Shown: piece by piece, positions 63,248-64,000 of the stretch
Layout of the letters: each line of letters begins with the position of its first letter
Numbering within the stretch: position 1 is the stretch's first letter
Source of the DNA: Nageia nagi
Taxonomy: Eukaryota > Plantae > Pinophyta
Length of the DNA: 64,000 nt
Assembly (NCBI GenBank): GCA_050084985.1
Contig: JBITNC010000001.1
Location: 59,272,001-59,336,000, forward strand
Reading direction: 5' to 3'
Notes under the pieces: generated by a model
What the model was told of the DNA's origin: nothing
What the model saw: the letters and a program-made list of their open reading frames with translations, nothing else
Databases searched by the model: none
Program-made: the position numbers and the translations under genes

Positions 63248-64000
63248 TTATCATGTTTGGAACATTAAAGAAAAATAACATCAATTGGTAAAGAGAAACT
63301 TCTTGTTTACCTCATCATAAAGCTTGTATCACTTGGTGGTATCTAAGTATCCCAAGAAGATACATTTATGATTCAGAGCTCCTAGCTTGTGTTGTTGTTC
63401 CTTAGGAATGAATGCATAATAGATGGAACCAAAAACATGAGATGTCACAAGGAAGAAACATGATAATACCACATTTTAAATAGATCCATGTTGTTGAGAT
63501 ATTGATAAGGAATATGTTTCTCAATTAGATAGCACATTGAAATGCATCACCCCAAAATATTAATTTCATATTTTTGAAAGATAACATAGCACAAGCCATA
63601 TTCAAATGTATCTTATTCATTCATTCTACAACACCATTATGTTAATGATTATAAGGGAAAATGGCTTGATTTTTGATCTTATATTGGTGTGGGTATGAGG
63701 TGAACTAATTAGAAGTATATTCCCCCATTATTAGAATGAAAGATACTAAGACAAGCATGGGCTTCATTCTCTACACTGTCATGAAACTCCTTAAACTTGG
63801 AAAAGGCATTAGACTTATATTTCAATAGATATACCCAATAGATACAAAAATAATCATAAATAAAGGTCAAAAGGTAGCAATTAATAGTTGCAGAATATAT
63901 GGGAAATGGACCACAAACATCAAAGTGAATGAGTTCAAATTTCCTACTAGTTCTCCATTGGGAATCTAAAAAGGGTTGCTTATGATGTTTGCCTAAAATA
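63248..64000 (-). pseudogene. Copia integrase core and SH3-like region
   Basis: LIHFDVCGPF; WVYLLKYKSNAFSKFKEF; NGGEYTSN; HNGVVE*MNK; FGSIYYAFIPKEQQHKL...KCIFLGY. Confidence 0.9.

Larger units (their letters stand above)
28744..64000 (-). mobile_element. Ty1/Copia element (short 3' LTR 28744-28941, PPT 28942-28953), split by the 32.2-kb Tekay insertion and continuing beyond the window
   Basis: RNase H and RT at 28960-30560, linker to 31047, integrase at 63248-64000. The reading frame joins across the insertion (..SKHD|DVVKW*LDHLDQFTH..). Confidence 0.88.

Noticed and set aside
1-64000. Species assignment, insertion ages, tRNA/rRNA genes
   Set aside because: Species and ages need searches and alignments. 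The only tRNA-related sequences seen are 11-12-nt primer-binding sites.

Overview
Very AT-rich, CpG/CHG-depleted plant repeat DNA, most consistent with a large seed-plant genome such as a gymnosperm (inferred, not provable here). There is no intact host gene. The window is a stack of nested, decayed transposons. Left part (+ strand): a tandem non-autonomous LTR element (1-3743) sits in the integrase of a Tat-type Ty3/Gypsy element (3744-12770). That element also hosts a non-autonomous LTR element (5298-10955) carrying a GC-rich SINE-like insert, a Helitron-like deletion derivative with a Pif1 helicase tail, and a 156-bp palindromic MITE. A second Tat pol fragment follows (RT-RH-aRH-INT). Right part (- strand): LTR element B > gag-only element C with ~5-kb LTRs > Ty1/Copia > full-length Tekay-like chromovirus (31048-63247, ~5.1-kb LTRs). 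The Tekay element contains a gag-only relative D (34925-48650), two solo LTRs and a poly(A)/TSD retroposed copy of a retroelement accessory ORF. Main finding: the LTRs of both the Tekay element and element D contain arrays of degenerate PLS-class pentatricopeptide-repeat (PPR) motifs (LFDKMP.RNVVSW.AMI.GY..NG). These lie antisense to the element and downstream of its putative TATA box, and the left-hand copies keep their CpGs while the sister copies have lost them. All coordinates and translations were read by eye; no searches were run.
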